Origin: an uncultured Candidatus Saccharibacteria bacterium
GTDB taxonomy: Bacteria > Patescibacteriota > UBA1384 > 2-12-FULL-50-11
Assembly: GCA_964599405.1 (NCBI GenBank)
Contig: CAZRED010000001.1
Location: forward strand, 75,528-139,527
Reading direction: 5' to 3'
DNA length: 64,000 nucleotides
In this document: positions 1 to 9,993 of the stretch, in pieces
Layout: every line of letters begins with the position of its first letter
Numbering within the stretch: the stretch's first letter is position 1
Notes under the pieces: generated by a model
Databases searched by the model: none
Told to the model about the DNA's origin: nothing
What the model saw: the letters and a program-made list of their open reading frames with translations, nothing else
Position numbers and translations under genes: made by a program

Positions 1-462
1 AACCAATTTGGCTGCCGAAACGCTGACCTCGGCAATCTCCGGCAAGCCCAGGGATTCAAAAAAAATTGTGGAGTGGCGCTTAGCACCAAAGCCAACCGCA
101 CCACCAACGGATTGAAAAGAAATTTGGTACTGCTGATTTGGTTCCCAATTTAGCTCGGGGGTGATAATCAGTGTCCGCGATAAGCGGCCAAACACTCCGC
201 CGCTCCAGCGCATTTCAAAGTCAACTGCCGGCTCAATCTCCACAACCACTTTCCGTCGGGCGACAGGCAAGGAGAACTTAACAACTAGCGGTTCAACGAC
301 GCTAATCTTTTCGGTCTGTCCAGCCAGCAGCCGCGCTTTAGGCGCCACGGTACTGGAGACCAACACCAGTAGTCCAATCAAGGCGGTCAGCGACAACGCC
401 GCAGCGACAACGATTTTTTTTGGCTCGGCCAGCCAAAGTTTTTTAATTTTTTGCCAATACAT
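1..462 (-). CDS. hypothetical exported/membrane-anchored protein, partial (3' end beyond window start)
   Basis: Manual minus-strand translation from ATG (plus 'cat' at 460-462) gives MYWQKIKKLWLAEPKKIVVAAALSLTALIGLLVLVSS... with no stop through position 1. The plus-strand ORF 161..559 looks like an antisense shadow. N-terminal hydrophobic segment. Confidence 0.4.
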   Translation of the reverse strand, partial: MYWQKIKKLWLAEPKKIVVAAALSLTALIGLLVLVSSTVAPKARLLAGQTEKISVVEPLVVKFSLPVARRKVVVEIEPAVDFEMRWSGGVFGRLSRTLIITPELNWEPNQQYQISFQSVGGAVGFGAKRHSTIFFESLGLPEIAEVSVSAAKLV

Positions 463-1105
463 CTTTAGCTGCGATATAAACCGGCCCCCAGAAGCCGCCG
501 TAGAGCAAAATAACAACAATTTTTTCTACCCCAATTCCCCACAGAACGCTGCCAGATAACTGATCACTAAACCAATACCGGCTGGTTTCGCCGGGCAAGT
601 CAAATAGTATCTGGGTGTAGATAAAGAGATAAAAGGCCCCCATCAGGAGAATCGAGAACAATACTTCGTTGAGTTGATCGCGGTAATAACGGATAGCTAA
701 GAGTAGATTGATAGCCATGCCAAAAATCAAACAAACTATTAACGGTTGATTAAGCACATCAAACATTAGCAAGCTTAAAGCCACTCCTACCAAGAAAAGT
801 AGATAGCGGTGCCGATGAGTGCCTTGGGCGTGGGCGATTTTTGGCCGGATGCCTTGCTCATAGAGGTACGACGCCAACACCGCCACCGCCAAAATTACCA
901 CTGCCTGCGTGGCCAGAAATAACAATCCTTGGCCAAGCATAAACAGACCAAAAAATGTTTGGGAAAGGATAGGTACCAGCAATAATAACGGTAGTATTGT
1001 AGCCATTGCCGCCATGAACTCCGGCCGTTTAGCCGGCTGGCTATAAAACAAAAAGGCGGCCGGGATAATTAACAGGTGCCAAATACTTAGGTAGGGGAGC
1101 TCCAT
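443..1105 (-). CDS. polytopic integral membrane protein, function unknown
   Basis: 220 aa ORF with multiple hydrophobic helices; no recognisable catalytic motif. Confidence 0.55.
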   Translation of the reverse strand: MELPYLSIWHLLIIPAAFLFYSQPAKRPEFMAAMATILPLLLLVPILSQTFFGLFMLGQGLLFLATQAVVILAVAVLASYLYEQGIRPKIAHAQGTHRHRYLLFLVGVALSLLMFDVLNQPLIVCLIFGMAINLLLAIRYYRDQLNEVLFSILLMGAFYLFIYTQILFDLPGETSRYWFSDQLSGSVLWGIGVEKIVVILLYGGFWGPVYIAAKDVLAKN

Positions 1106-2016
1106 CAGAAATATTGGTTAACTTTCGCGGTGTGTTCGGTTGAGGTTTTAGAGAAAAAGGTTTCGCCTTTGGCGTGAAAATAGTAGAAGTAGTCGTGGTC
1201 GGCTGGCTCCAGTGCGGCCTTAATACTGGTCAAGCCGGGGTTACAAATCGGGCCAGGGGGGAGGCCGGGGTTTAGATAAGTATTATATTTAGAAATTACA
1301 TCGCTGTAGTCCGCCACTGTCACCGCTTTCCAATCGCCTTTAGCATACTGAACGGTGGCATCGGCTTGCAGGTACATGTCAACCGCTAAACGGTTAGCAT
1401 AGACTCCAGCAATTGCCGCCCGTTCACCGTCACTTTTCGCTTCCCGCTCAATAATTGATGCCAAAATAATTACCTCCGGCGTTATTGTCAGATCTTTGGT
1501 GCGGTCTTTAAAATTTTCCCGCATCAGTTCGATTAGTTCGTCAGTAGTAATTTCAATTTTCACTTCGTAAGTATCGGGGAAAAGGTAGCCTTCATAAGCA
1601 GCAGCTTTGGCGGCAAAACCAACCGCGCCAGCTAATTTCTTTTCCTCAACCAAGTACGTTTCAATATCGGTGGCCCGCCAACCTTCAATAATGGTAATGT
1701 CAGCGGTTTTAAACTTGGCCCGAGCTAAATTGTCGGCAATAGTCGAAGCTGAATCGGTCGAGGCGATTTCGTAGGTCCCAGGCAATACGTTAGCTTGTAT
1801 CATTTTGAGGTATAAAAAAAATGCGAACTGACTTTTAATTAACTTTTCTTCCGAAAGTGTTTTGGCGATATCGGCGCGGGTCATACCAGAGACCACGACG
1901 ATTTCTTTGGTCACCGCCGCTTCACTGTCTTTAGCGCTAAGAAGCAATGTCATAATCACGCCTAAAGCTAAAATTACCCCAAACAAGGCAATGGCACTGA
2001 CTTTAAATAGCTTCAT
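1105..2016 (-). CDS. mltG: endolytic murein transglycosylase MltG (YceG family)
   Basis: N-terminal TM anchor, then a YceG-like domain (GVYANRLAVDMYLQADATVQYAKGD). Confidence 0.8.
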   Translation of the reverse strand: MKLFKVSAIALFGVILALGVIMTLLLSAKDSEAAVTKEIVVVSGMTRADIAKTLSEEKLIKSQFAFFLYLKMIQANVLPGTYEIASTDSASTIADNLARAKFKTADITIIEGWRATDIETYLVEEKKLAGAVGFAAKAAAYEGYLFPDTYEVKIEITTDELIELMRENFKDRTKDLTITPEVIILASIIEREAKSDGERAAIAGVYANRLAVDMYLQADATVQYAKGDWKAVTVADYSDVISKYNTYLNPGLPPGPICNPGLTSIKAALEPADHDYFYYFHAKGETFFSKTSTEHTAKVNQYF

Positions 2017-2431
2017 GCTCTTCTAGATATTGTTGAAGGATTAACTGGGCGGCCGCTTGATGAACCCGTTTTGCCACTTCCGGAGCCGGCAACTCTTGGG
2101 CAGTTAGTAGTTCTTCGGCCATAAAGCTAGTTAACGTTTCATCAACAAAGTGAACGGCACAACCAATCTCGGCTTCGAGCTTCTTGGAAAAGCCAGTAAT
2201 TTTTTTTGATTCTTCGGTTGGTTGACCGTCTTCGTCTACCGGTAGGCCCACCACGATGGCGTCCGCTTCTTCCAGCTCTTTCAGTCGGGCAATCTCCCCA
2301 ATGGCCAGCTCGGAGTTATCGTAAAAAGAGCTGTCTTTCGGCGATTCAATAGTGGTTAGTTCCGCCGCCAAGGTTTCCCCAACCGCTATGCCAATTCTGC
2401 GGGCACCAACATCAAGCCCCAAATAGCGCAT
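2003..2431 (-). CDS. ruvX: Holliday junction resolvase-like protein RuvX/YqgF
   Basis: MRYLGLDVGARRIGIAVGE... RNase H-fold YqgF signature; overlaps mltG by 14 nt. Confidence 0.85.
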   Translation of the reverse strand: MRYLGLDVGARRIGIAVGETLAAELTTIESPKDSSFYDNSELAIGEIARLKELEEADAIVVGLPVDEDGQPTEESKKITGFSKKLEAEIGCAVHFVDETLTSFMAEELLTAQELPAPEVAKRVHQAAAQLILQQYLEEHEAI

Positions 2432-4203
2432 TACGGCGCTACCCCCTCGGCTGGCGGAGCAGCTTCCTCAGCTTTTTGGACAAATCCGTATTCAACAGTA
2501 ATTGCTTGGCGCAGTAGTGGCAGCCGGTTGATCCACCAGCCAGGGGTAATGGTTACTTCAGCCGCTTCGGCACCGTAGGCCTCCTTTAGGATCTGACCCA
2601 CCGCATCCTTTGACTGATTTTTCACTTTTTTGGCCACCTCGGCTTTATCAATCTTCGGTACGACATAGGCAGTTCCGGCAATCTCAAAATCAAAGCTGTT
2701 TTTGTCGTCGCCAATTTTGACTGTTTTATAAGTTGGCGGGGTGTCTTCCGGAAAAACAATTTGTTGGCTAGCGGAGATTTTACTGTCAAATACGGCGGCA
2801 AAAAGGGAATTAGCGACTGTTTCGTCAAATACAATTGTTCCGTATTCAATAGTGATTGCGGCGGTTGCGCCATCAGTCTCCGTCCCCACCGCTTTGTCGG
2901 CGCCCTCTTTGCTAATCGTTTCCCAAATGCCGTCTTCCAACAGTTTCTGACCAACGGCTTTGGTTTTCAGCTCGGCTATCGCTTCCGCAATGGCTTCTTT
3001 TTTTAGCTCTAAAATTGCTGTGTCCACATCATCTTGGGCTAATATCGTCACAACTTTCGTCAAACCACCGCTAGTATTACCAGTCCCACTAATCCGTGAC
3101 GACAGTCCGTTAATTGTGAAAGTTGCTGCTGTCAGATTATGGGATTCACCGGCTTGGTCGGCGGTTAGTCCAATGTTGACAGACGTTGAATTACAGACGG
3201 TACCGCCGCCGCTAAAGTTGCCAGCTGGAATCGTCACCAAGCTATTAGTTAGAAACGTTTTGCCGCCAGCACTAACTTTACTGCCAGCCGCTACAGCATG
3301 CGACGCTGAATCCTCACAGTTACGGAACGGGATGGTGCCGCTAGCTTTGCTACCGACGTCTTTCTTGCCGGTGGCCGTAATCGCTTTGGTTTTTTCTTTA
3401 CTAACCAGTAGTTTGTTGCCAGTAACGGTATTGGCAATCTGGGTGTCGGCGGCGGTCACGGCACTAATGGCCACAGTTTCGCTTAAGGGTTCCGCCGGAA
3501 AAGTTACAACCACTTTGGCGCGGGGCACAAATACGTAGCCCAACAAACAAATTACTAGAAAAATACCAGCGCCAATCGCTACGGAACGCCAAGGAATTTT
3601 TACTTCTTTACGAACCGAAAAACCGCTGCGCGAAATGACTGGTGGCAAGTCTTCCTCGCTACCGCGAGGTTCATTCGGCACTACTTCCGGTTTTTTGGTT
3701 ATTTCTTCTGGGATAATCGTCACCGGCTCGAACGACTCACCCGGTTGGGTAATCCCATCTGCTGGGCTATCCGATTCTCCTGCCTCGAGTTCGGCATCCT
3801 CAAGTGTCGGCTGATCGCCGGCTACTTGTCCTTCGAGATTTTGTCGGTTCGGATCGTACTGCTGAACTTTAACGCCGCCGATTACTTCGTCCGGAACGCC
3901 CGGAGTGATTGGCGCGGCCGTCGCAGCCGCCACGGCCGGTAGGGAAGCGATGGTGGCGTAGGTGTTAATTCCCACCTGTTTAGCCAACCTTTGGCCGATT
4001 TTGTTGGTGGAGACAAAAGCGACGTTTTTGCCTAACCGTTTCGCTTCTTTGGAAAGCAGTTTTAAGTTAACTAGGCTTTGAAAAAGGGGGCTATTCTTCG
4101 CCAACACTAAAACGATGTCTTTGTCGGTCGATTGAGCAATCTTATCGATCACTGAGGTGATCTCTTCGCTTGGTTCTAGGTAGACCGGTTTGTAGGCCAT
4201 CAC
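2431..4203 (-). CDS. membrane-anchored protein with Ala/Pro-rich linker and large extracytoplasmic domain (possible lineage-specific divisome partner of FtsA)
   Basis: 590 aa. Conserved about 90 aa cytoplasmic N-domain, a low-complexity AAATAAPITPGVPDE linker, one TM, then a G/S/T-rich ectodomain. 4-nt overlap with the upstream ftsA-like gene. Confidence 0.55.
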   Translation of the reverse strand: MMAYKPVYLEPSEEITSVIDKIAQSTDKDIVLVLAKNSPLFQSLVNLKLLSKEAKRLGKNVAFVSTNKIGQRLAKQVGINTYATIASLPAVAAATAAPITPGVPDEVIGGVKVQQYDPNRQNLEGQVAGDQPTLEDAELEAGESDSPADGITQPGESFEPVTIIPEEITKKPEVVPNEPRGSEEDLPPVISRSGFSVRKEVKIPWRSVAIGAGIFLVICLLGYVFVPRAKVVVTFPAEPLSETVAISAVTAADTQIANTVTGNKLLVSKEKTKAITATGKKDVGSKASGTIPFRNCEDSASHAVAAGSKVSAGGKTFLTNSLVTIPAGNFSGGGTVCNSTSVNIGLTADQAGESHNLTAATFTINGLSSRISGTGNTSGGLTKVVTILAQDDVDTAILELKKEAIAEAIAELKTKAVGQKLLEDGIWETISKEGADKAVGTETDGATAAITIEYGTIVFDETVANSLFAAVFDSKISASQQIVFPEDTPPTYKTVKIGDDKNSFDFEIAGTAYVVPKIDKAEVAKKVKNQSKDAVGQILKEAYGAEAAEVTITPGWWINRLPLLRQAITVEYGFVQKAEEAAPPAEGVAP

Positions 4204-5447
4204 TGTTTCAACCCCGTTACGGCTTTGCGCATCATCGTCTCCAAGATACTTGATTCACCGATTAAATCTAACCCCACGTTGGCTAGCGCTAGCGGCGTTA
4301 CCTCGGAGATGTCTTCCAAATTACCGGTTTCGTCTTTCATGTTGGCGACGTCGCCGGGATGGATGAACTGAACGTCAGGCACCCTGGCAAACGGCAAGTC
4401 TTTCACCCAACCAACGCTTTCCAAGACTTGTTTAATTTCTGGCAGGTTGCTACCACCCCCGCAGAGTAAAATTTTTGATGGTAACAGGTCGGATTCACCG
4501 AATTCTTCTAAGGAAATTTGTAGCGCTGAAAGCCAAACGTGACTATCCGATTCCAAGCCTTTCTGGACCTTGGCACTACTCTCCGCGTCAAGTTGGCCGG
4601 CGGAGTACTGTAATTTTAATTCTTCGGCTTCTTGGAAATTTTTTCCCATCACCGTAGCCACTCGCTTGGTGAAGGCACGCCCGCCAATCGCAAACATCTT
4701 GGTACCTTCAACGCCACCGTTGCGTACCACTGCCACATCAGTAGTACCACCGCCGATATCAATAAAAATCGCCGCGAAATCGGTGGATTCTTCATCGAGA
4801 CAACGCGCCACTGCGTACGGCTCGGCCGCCACGGCCAGCAGCTCTAAGCCCAGCTCGCTGACCACTGTTTCCAGCGCCCCTAGCTGCACAATTGGCGCAA
4901 AGGAATTGTAGACCCCCACAGCCAGTTCTTTGCCCTGGTAGCTCATGGGATTGGAAACTTTATAACCGTCGATAATCACGTTAACGATAGCGGCATTAAC
5001 TAGCTGGACATCGATTTCGTCTTGGCCGGTTTCCAGTGCCAACTCGGCCCGGGCTTGGCGAAATGCTTCGGCTTGAACTTTATTAACAATATCTTGTAGC
5101 TCAGACAGTTGGATCTGCTCGGATGGGTTTTCCCGGCGGATTTTAATGGTGCTAGTTGTACCTTTTACTAATTCGCCGGCAATGCCGATAATCGCTTGGG
5201 TCGGTAGGTGTTGAGCTTGGTTAGCGGCCTCTTCGATCGCCATTTCGCAGTTTTTGGCTACGCCATGGATATCGGTCACGCCGCCACCTTGCATATCCGA
5301 GAGTCGTTGGCGGGTTCGCCCAACGCCCCGGACATAGCCCCGGCCGTCAATTACTTCAAAAACCAGGGCTTTAACAAACTCGGTGCCAATATCCAATGAA
5401 ATTGCCCAATTAGACTGTCGTTTTTTCTTCCCTCCGAAGATTCCCAT
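4200..5447 (-). CDS. ftsA: actin-like ATPase, cell division protein FtsA-like (PilM not excluded)
   Basis: AISLDIGTEFVKALVFE... phosphate-1 motif, DIGGGTTDV phosphate-2 motif; 415 aa. Confidence 0.6.
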   Translation of the reverse strand: MGIFGGKKKRQSNWAISLDIGTEFVKALVFEVIDGRGYVRGVGRTRQRLSDMQGGGVTDIHGVAKNCEMAIEEAANQAQHLPTQAIIGIAGELVKGTTSTIKIRRENPSEQIQLSELQDIVNKVQAEAFRQARAELALETGQDEIDVQLVNAAIVNVIIDGYKVSNPMSYQGKELAVGVYNSFAPIVQLGALETVVSELGLELLAVAAEPYAVARCLDEESTDFAAIFIDIGGGTTDVAVVRNGGVEGTKMFAIGGRAFTKRVATVMGKNFQEAEELKLQYSAGQLDAESSAKVQKGLESDSHVWLSALQISLEEFGESDLLPSKILLCGGGSNLPEIKQVLESVGWVKDLPFARVPDVQFIHPGDVANMKDETGNLEDISEVTPLALANVGLDLIGESSILETMMRKAVTGLKQ

Positions 5448-5488
5448 CTCTTATGAGCCTACCAGAGAACGACTGGTCGGAAAAGCAG

Positions 5489-7171
5489 TTACGACAGTTC
5501 AGCTTTGATTCTTCGGACACCTTGTGACGAAGCTTCTTCTTTAAGGATTTTGAATCTTCCTAGTTCGCCAGTACTTTTGACGTGAGGGCCGCCGCAGAGC
5601 TCTTTGGAAAAGTCCCCAATCGAATATACCGAAACGATATCACCATATTTTTGACCGAATTCCGCTAACGCTCCTGATTTCAAAGCTTCTTTTTGCGGCA
5701 TCTCAACGCGCGTTACCGGCAGGTTGGCTTTGATTTGTTGGTTGACAATTTTCTCGACTTTTTCCAGCTCGGCCTCCGTTACTTTGCTGCCGAACGAAAA
5801 ATCCATTCGCAGCCGTTCACTGGTAACATTGGAGCCGCGCTGATGGACTTCCGGTCCCAGCACCTCCCGCAAAGCGGCAAGCAACAAGTGGTGAGCGGTG
5901 TGATGTTTGATGGTTTGCACGTTGTGGTCGGCTAATCCGCCCTTAAACTGTCCAGCCGAACCGGCTCGGGAAACATCCTGATGCTGGGCAAAGAGTTGTT
6001 CGAAATGTTTCAAGTCCACCGAATGACCTAAGCTAACCAAGTGCTCCAGTACCAACTCCTTCGGGAAACCAAACGACTCGTACATGTAGAAAGCCAGTTC
6101 GGTCACGACTTTTTCGGATTTGTCAGTAGTTTTTTCCAGCCACCGCTCTAAGTAATTAGTCGCCCGAGCGAGGTTTTTCTGGAACGCTTCTCGCTCTTTT
6201 TCCACTAATCCAGTAATTTTTTCAGCGCTCTCTAGCGGGTAGTGGCCGGCGTAGTAGTTGTGGATATGGAAAATCGCTACCGTCCAATCGAAGCCGCGAG
6301 CAAGCTGACTGACCAAAAAGGCGGTTTTGCGAATCAACCGGCGCAAGACATAGCCTTGGCCTTTATTGCTCGGCTCAACGCTGGCGCTGGCAATGAAAAT
6401 CGTGGCTCGCAAATGATCAATAATAATCCGGCTTTCGTGCAATTTGGTTGGGTCGGTGTAGTTTACCCAACCTTTGAACGGCTCGATTTCCCAAACTGAA
6501 CTTTTTCCCTGCAAGGTAACGGCCAGACGCTCCAGGCCGCTGCCCGTGTCTAAGCCAAAAAATTCCAACGGCGTATATTTTTTGTCTTTGTCGCAGTAGA
6601 ACTGGTTGAAAACCAAATTCCAAACCTCGATACCATCAACGTAGATTTCAGTGTTTGGTCCGCACGGCCCTTCATCGCCGGTGGGCCCCCAAAAGTTTTC
6701 CTCGCGGTTAGCCTTAACAACTTTAACGCCGTGAATTTTCCAAATCTTCTCGGACTCTTCATCGGCCGGCGTTTGGGTGTCGCCTTCAAAAACAGTCACG
6801 TGGATTCGCCCTTTGGCTACCTTCAGCTCCTTGGTCACAAACTCCCAGGCCTCATCAATGGCTTTTTCCTTCATGGCGTAGGAATCGTGTTGACCAAAGC
6901 GGAAGTTGCCGAGCATTTCGAAATTAGTGAGGTGCGTGGCATCACCGACCTCGGCAATATCGGAGGTTCGAATCACCGGCTGAACGGTCGCCACGGCATG
7001 GTGTTTGGTTAGTTCGGGTTGGGTGTAGAACGGTTTGAATTGCTGCATCCCGGCGGTAGTAAACAGCACCGATGGATCATTCTCCGGAATTAACGACGCT
7101 GCCGGCAAACGAACATAGTGATGTCGTTGATAAAAATCTAAAAATTTCTGGCGCAACTGCTCAACATTCAT
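5489..7171 (-). CDS. alaS: alanine--tRNA ligase, compact form lacking C-Ala domain
   Basis: N-terminus MNVEQLRQKFLDFYQRHHYVRLPAASLIPENDPSVLFTTAGMQQFKP (class II AlaRS). Editing-domain HxxxH (HHTAHHLL) and CGGPHV motifs. Only 560 aa. Confidence 0.85.
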   Translation of the reverse strand: MNVEQLRQKFLDFYQRHHYVRLPAASLIPENDPSVLFTTAGMQQFKPFYTQPELTKHHAVATVQPVIRTSDIAEVGDATHLTNFEMLGNFRFGQHDSYAMKEKAIDEAWEFVTKELKVAKGRIHVTVFEGDTQTPADEESEKIWKIHGVKVVKANREENFWGPTGDEGPCGPNTEIYVDGIEVWNLVFNQFYCDKDKKYTPLEFFGLDTGSGLERLAVTLQGKSSVWEIEPFKGWVNYTDPTKLHESRIIIDHLRATIFIASASVEPSNKGQGYVLRRLIRKTAFLVSQLARGFDWTVAIFHIHNYYAGHYPLESAEKITGLVEKEREAFQKNLARATNYLERWLEKTTDKSEKVVTELAFYMYESFGFPKELVLEHLVSLGHSVDLKHFEQLFAQHQDVSRAGSAGQFKGGLADHNVQTIKHHTAHHLLLAALREVLGPEVHQRGSNVTSERLRMDFSFGSKVTEAELEKVEKIVNQQIKANLPVTRVEMPQKEALKSGALAEFGQKYGDIVSVYSIGDFSKELCGGPHVKSTGELGRFKILKEEASSQGVRRIKAELS

Positions 7172-7924
7172 CTAATTGCCCGGTAGGAAGAATTGCCAGA
7201 TGTTGCCAGCGCTGCCGGTTGTTGGCTCAGTTGTTTCGGCCGGCGCTTCAGCCACTGGGGCGGAGAGCAGACCCCGCCAGAAATCTAGAATTGGGATTGT
7301 CAGCAACAGCGAGATATCGCTCTTTGGCTTGATCTCAAAAGTCTCGCCGCTGCCAGCAGCATCAAGCTGCTTCCACCACTCGCCGTAGATGGTATTGTAG
7401 GCTTTTTCAATTGTTAAAATTTTCTCGGCGTAACCAACTGTCGAACGAATCGGTGTGCCGCGCTCGTACGCTAGCACCGCTCCGCCGCCGCCGTTGTAGG
7501 CAATTAAACCTTTGCGCACATTGCCGCCATAGTCCTGAATTCGGGTGCAGATGTAGTAAGCTCCGAAGCGGATAGACATGTCGGGATTAGTGGTTAAGTC
7601 GTTTGGCGTAAATGGGGAAACTCCCAGCCTTTTGGCTACCGAATTGGCGGTGGAGGGAATAAATTGGGTCATCCCAATCGCCCCGGCGTAGGAACGAGCG
7701 CCTTCTTTCCAGCCACTCTCAACCATAATAAGCGCCGACAAAAAGTTCGGTGTGGCAATATTCGTACAGTATTCGTTGGTCCACTTCGCTAACGATGCCC
7801 GATGTTTTTCTGGTAATGGGTAAGCAACGCTGGCAAAAAGCACTGGGCCCAAAACAATCACAATAGCGCCCAGTGAAAGTAGTGCTAAAACCACGTACAG
7901 CCCAATTTTTGTCCGCGCGGTCAT
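7172..7924 (-). CDS. lytic transglycosylase (SLT domain), membrane anchored
   Basis: ESGWKEGARSYAGAIGMTQFIPSTA SLT motif. Start moved to MTARTKIGLYVV... to avoid overlap with tRNA. Confidence 0.75.
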   Translation of the reverse strand: MTARTKIGLYVVLALLSLGAIVIVLGPVLFASVAYPLPEKHRASLAKWTNEYCTNIATPNFLSALIMVESGWKEGARSYAGAIGMTQFIPSTANSVAKRLGVSPFTPNDLTTNPDMSIRFGAYYICTRIQDYGGNVRKGLIAYNGGGGAVLAYERGTPIRSTVGYAEKILTIEKAYNTIYGEWWKQLDAAGSGETFEIKPKSDISLLLTIPILDFWRGLLSAPVAEAPAETTEPTTGSAGNIWQFFLPGN

Positions 7925-7969
7925 CCCGCCCAGTGTACCAGAGAAAATCCGACGCTGTCGACAAATTTG

Positions 7970-8053
7970 TGCGCGAGAGAGGACTTGAACCTCCACGGGG
8001 TTGCCCCCACAGCCACCTCAAGGCTGCGTGTATACCAATTTCACCACTCGCGC
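7970..8053 (-). tRNA. tRNA-Leu(GAG)
   Basis: Minus-strand cloverleaf with 7-bp acceptor gcgcgag/ctcgcgc, anticodon loop TTGAGGT, long variable arm, T-loop GGTTCAAGTCC. Confidence 0.75.
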
Positions 8054-8117
8054 TTATAAATGCCAGTAGTGAAAATGCCTCGAAGAGAAGTATTTCACCA
8101 CTCGCGCAAAAGAGCCG

Positions 8118-8200
8118 TGCGCGTGAGAGGAGTTGAACCTCCACGCCCTTGCGGACACTGGAACCTGAATCCAGCGCGTCTACCGTTCCGCCACACGCGC
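8118..8200 (-). tRNA. tRNA-Leu(CAG)
   Basis: Minus-strand cloverleaf; anticodon stem ctgga/tccag, loop TTCAGGT, long variable arm, T-loop GGTTCAACTCC. Confidence 0.75.
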
Positions 8201-8236
8201 GCTCCTGAATTTTACCAGAAACCTCGGGTCAGTTCA

Positions 8237-9532
8237 CTACTTTAGGTGCCACTGATCAATCGCTTGCCAACGGTCGCGCTCACCCAAAGGCAGCCACGGC
8301 TCGGCCGGAACAATATTTCTGATGATGTGAACAGTTTTTGTAACTTGTTCCAAAATTTTCGCCACCCCTAGCTCGGCTAATCGGGCATGAACTTGGTCAA
8401 TCTTCTGATAGCGCACCGCCAACGACGACTCGGCTTCAATCTCCGCAATTAAGCTATCAATCACATCGTCCTTAACGCCAGGTAGATTGTTGCCGGGCGG
8501 GCGCAGCTGGGTAGAGTGCCAAAGATAGTATGGGTCGAGCTCCGGCCAGTAGCTGACACCAGTCAGTAGCGCCTGAAAGTCGCGAGTTGGGGCGATGGTT
8601 GTGGAGATTTCTTCGGTTGGCCGGCGATCGACGGTCACTCGTAAGCCACTGCTAATCCAGCTATCCACTACCTGGTCGATATAGCTCTGATATTCGGCTT
8701 CGGCCGGGGCCGTTAAAACAACGTCCGTGGGCGTCACAGCCTCACCGTTCAAAACTTTCTGTCTATAACCCAGCTCCCGAAACGGAGATTTATTGATGTT
8801 GAGCATCACCGCGTAGTAGCGCGGCAACTGATAAGTGAATAAATTATAGCCATCAATTGGTTGTTTGTTGGTTAACGCTGCCCCATCAACTTTGCCTTTT
8901 TGTAGCGCTTCGCTCAAGGCGGCTTCGTCGGCAAAAGCGTGAATAACTATTTTATTTAGGTACGATGCTAGGGCGAATTCGCTGCTATTACGAGTGAAAA
9001 TCGCCGTGGTCGTGCTCATTTTGCTTAACTTATATGGGCCAAAATCAAACAGTGGCTGGGTAAGAAGCAGCGGCAAGTTAGGATTTGGTGTGGCGATAGC
9101 CAGTAAGATAACGCCATCGCCTTCATCGGTAACGGTTGATGGACCAATCAAGTCGCCGTTTTCTTCCAGAGCAGTAGTCACTTCGCTAGTATCAAGGCCG
9201 CGACGCAGATCAAAACGGTACTCGGTTTTTTCAGCATTAACCTGCCAGCCATCAATCAGGTGGTTCTCCACCATTCCTTCGGGGCTGATTTTAAATAACC
9301 CAGATTTAGTTAGCTTAGCGGCAGCCAGGGTTAAATCTTCACTGCCACCGACAATTCCTTCTACATAAGTACCGCCGGCCACTGGGCCGCTGTCCTGATT
9401 AAAGTACTGTCGGTACCAGAGGGAGCCGGAGACAGCAATCACCAAGGCCAAAATCGCCAGCAAGAGCTTTTCGTGGTGTTGGAGAAACCTTCCAAGCTGC
9501 CGCCACAGCGACGCCGGAGTTGGTAAGTTCAT
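8237..9532 (-). CDS. exported/membrane-anchored protein, possibly solute-binding-like
   Basis: 431 aa with N-terminal TM/signal segment; weak resemblance to family-5 substrate-binding proteins. Confidence 0.45.
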   Translation of the reverse strand: MNLPTPASLWRQLGRFLQHHEKLLLAILALVIAVSGSLWYRQYFNQDSGPVAGGTYVEGIVGGSEDLTLAAAKLTKSGLFKISPEGMVENHLIDGWQVNAEKTEYRFDLRRGLDTSEVTTALEENGDLIGPSTVTDEGDGVILLAIATPNPNLPLLLTQPLFDFGPYKLSKMSTTTAIFTRNSSEFALASYLNKIVIHAFADEAALSEALQKGKVDGAALTNKQPIDGYNLFTYQLPRYYAVMLNINKSPFRELGYRQKVLNGEAVTPTDVVLTAPAEAEYQSYIDQVVDSWISSGLRVTVDRRPTEEISTTIAPTRDFQALLTGVSYWPELDPYYLWHSTQLRPPGNNLPGVKDDVIDSLIAEIEAESSLAVRYQKIDQVHARLAELGVAKILEQVTKTVHIIRNIVPAEPWLPLGERDRWQAIDQWHLK

Positions 9533-9757
9533 CTAAAGGAAGAGTCGAGCAATCGCGGAAACCAGAAATATCGCAGCAAAAACAATCGACGCTCGAAACA
9601 GTACCCTTTCTACCCCTCGGCGGCTCCGGTAACTAACGTCATTACCGCCGAACGCCCCGCCCAAACCTGTCCCTCGGTGTTGCAGAAGGATTGAAATTAT
9701 CAAAAGTACGGCCGAGGCAAATTGGCTTATCTGTATGACTGTTGTCATGTACGGCAA
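9533..9757 (-). CDS. secG: preprotein translocase subunit SecG
   Basis: 74 aa. LLQHRGTGLGGAFGG matches the SecG consensus; two TM helices. Confidence 0.7.
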   Translation of the reverse strand: MPYMTTVIQISQFASAVLLIISILLQHRGTGLGGAFGGNDVSYRSRRGVERVLFRASIVFAAIFLVSAIARLFL

Positions 9758-9993
9758 ATGGTAACCCGGCTAGCTACCCCAGTCAAGGTAAAATCAAGTC
9801 TCGAAGGGCTAATCTTTGAGGCCAGGACCGGATTTGCACCGGCGTAAAACGGTTTTGCAGACCGTCACCTCACTACTCGGTCACCTGGCCAATATAGACA
9901 TTATACCTGTAAATCTTAAGGTAAACGAGTGATTTGATAGGTATTTTCATTTTGCTACACTACCGACATCAACTAAACGGAGGTTGACGCACA

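Noticed and set aside
161-559. Plus-strand ORF of 132 aa
   Set aside because: S/T/A-rich antisense-like composition. A stop-free minus-strand frame with a signal-peptide-like N-terminus covers the same region, so this ORF is likely a shadow of the real minus-strand gene.
2622-3538. ORFs 2622..2954(-), 2741..2950(+), 2761..3006(+), 2960..3538(+)
   Set aside because: Nested within or antisense to the 590-aa gene 2431..4203; no start or RBS context.
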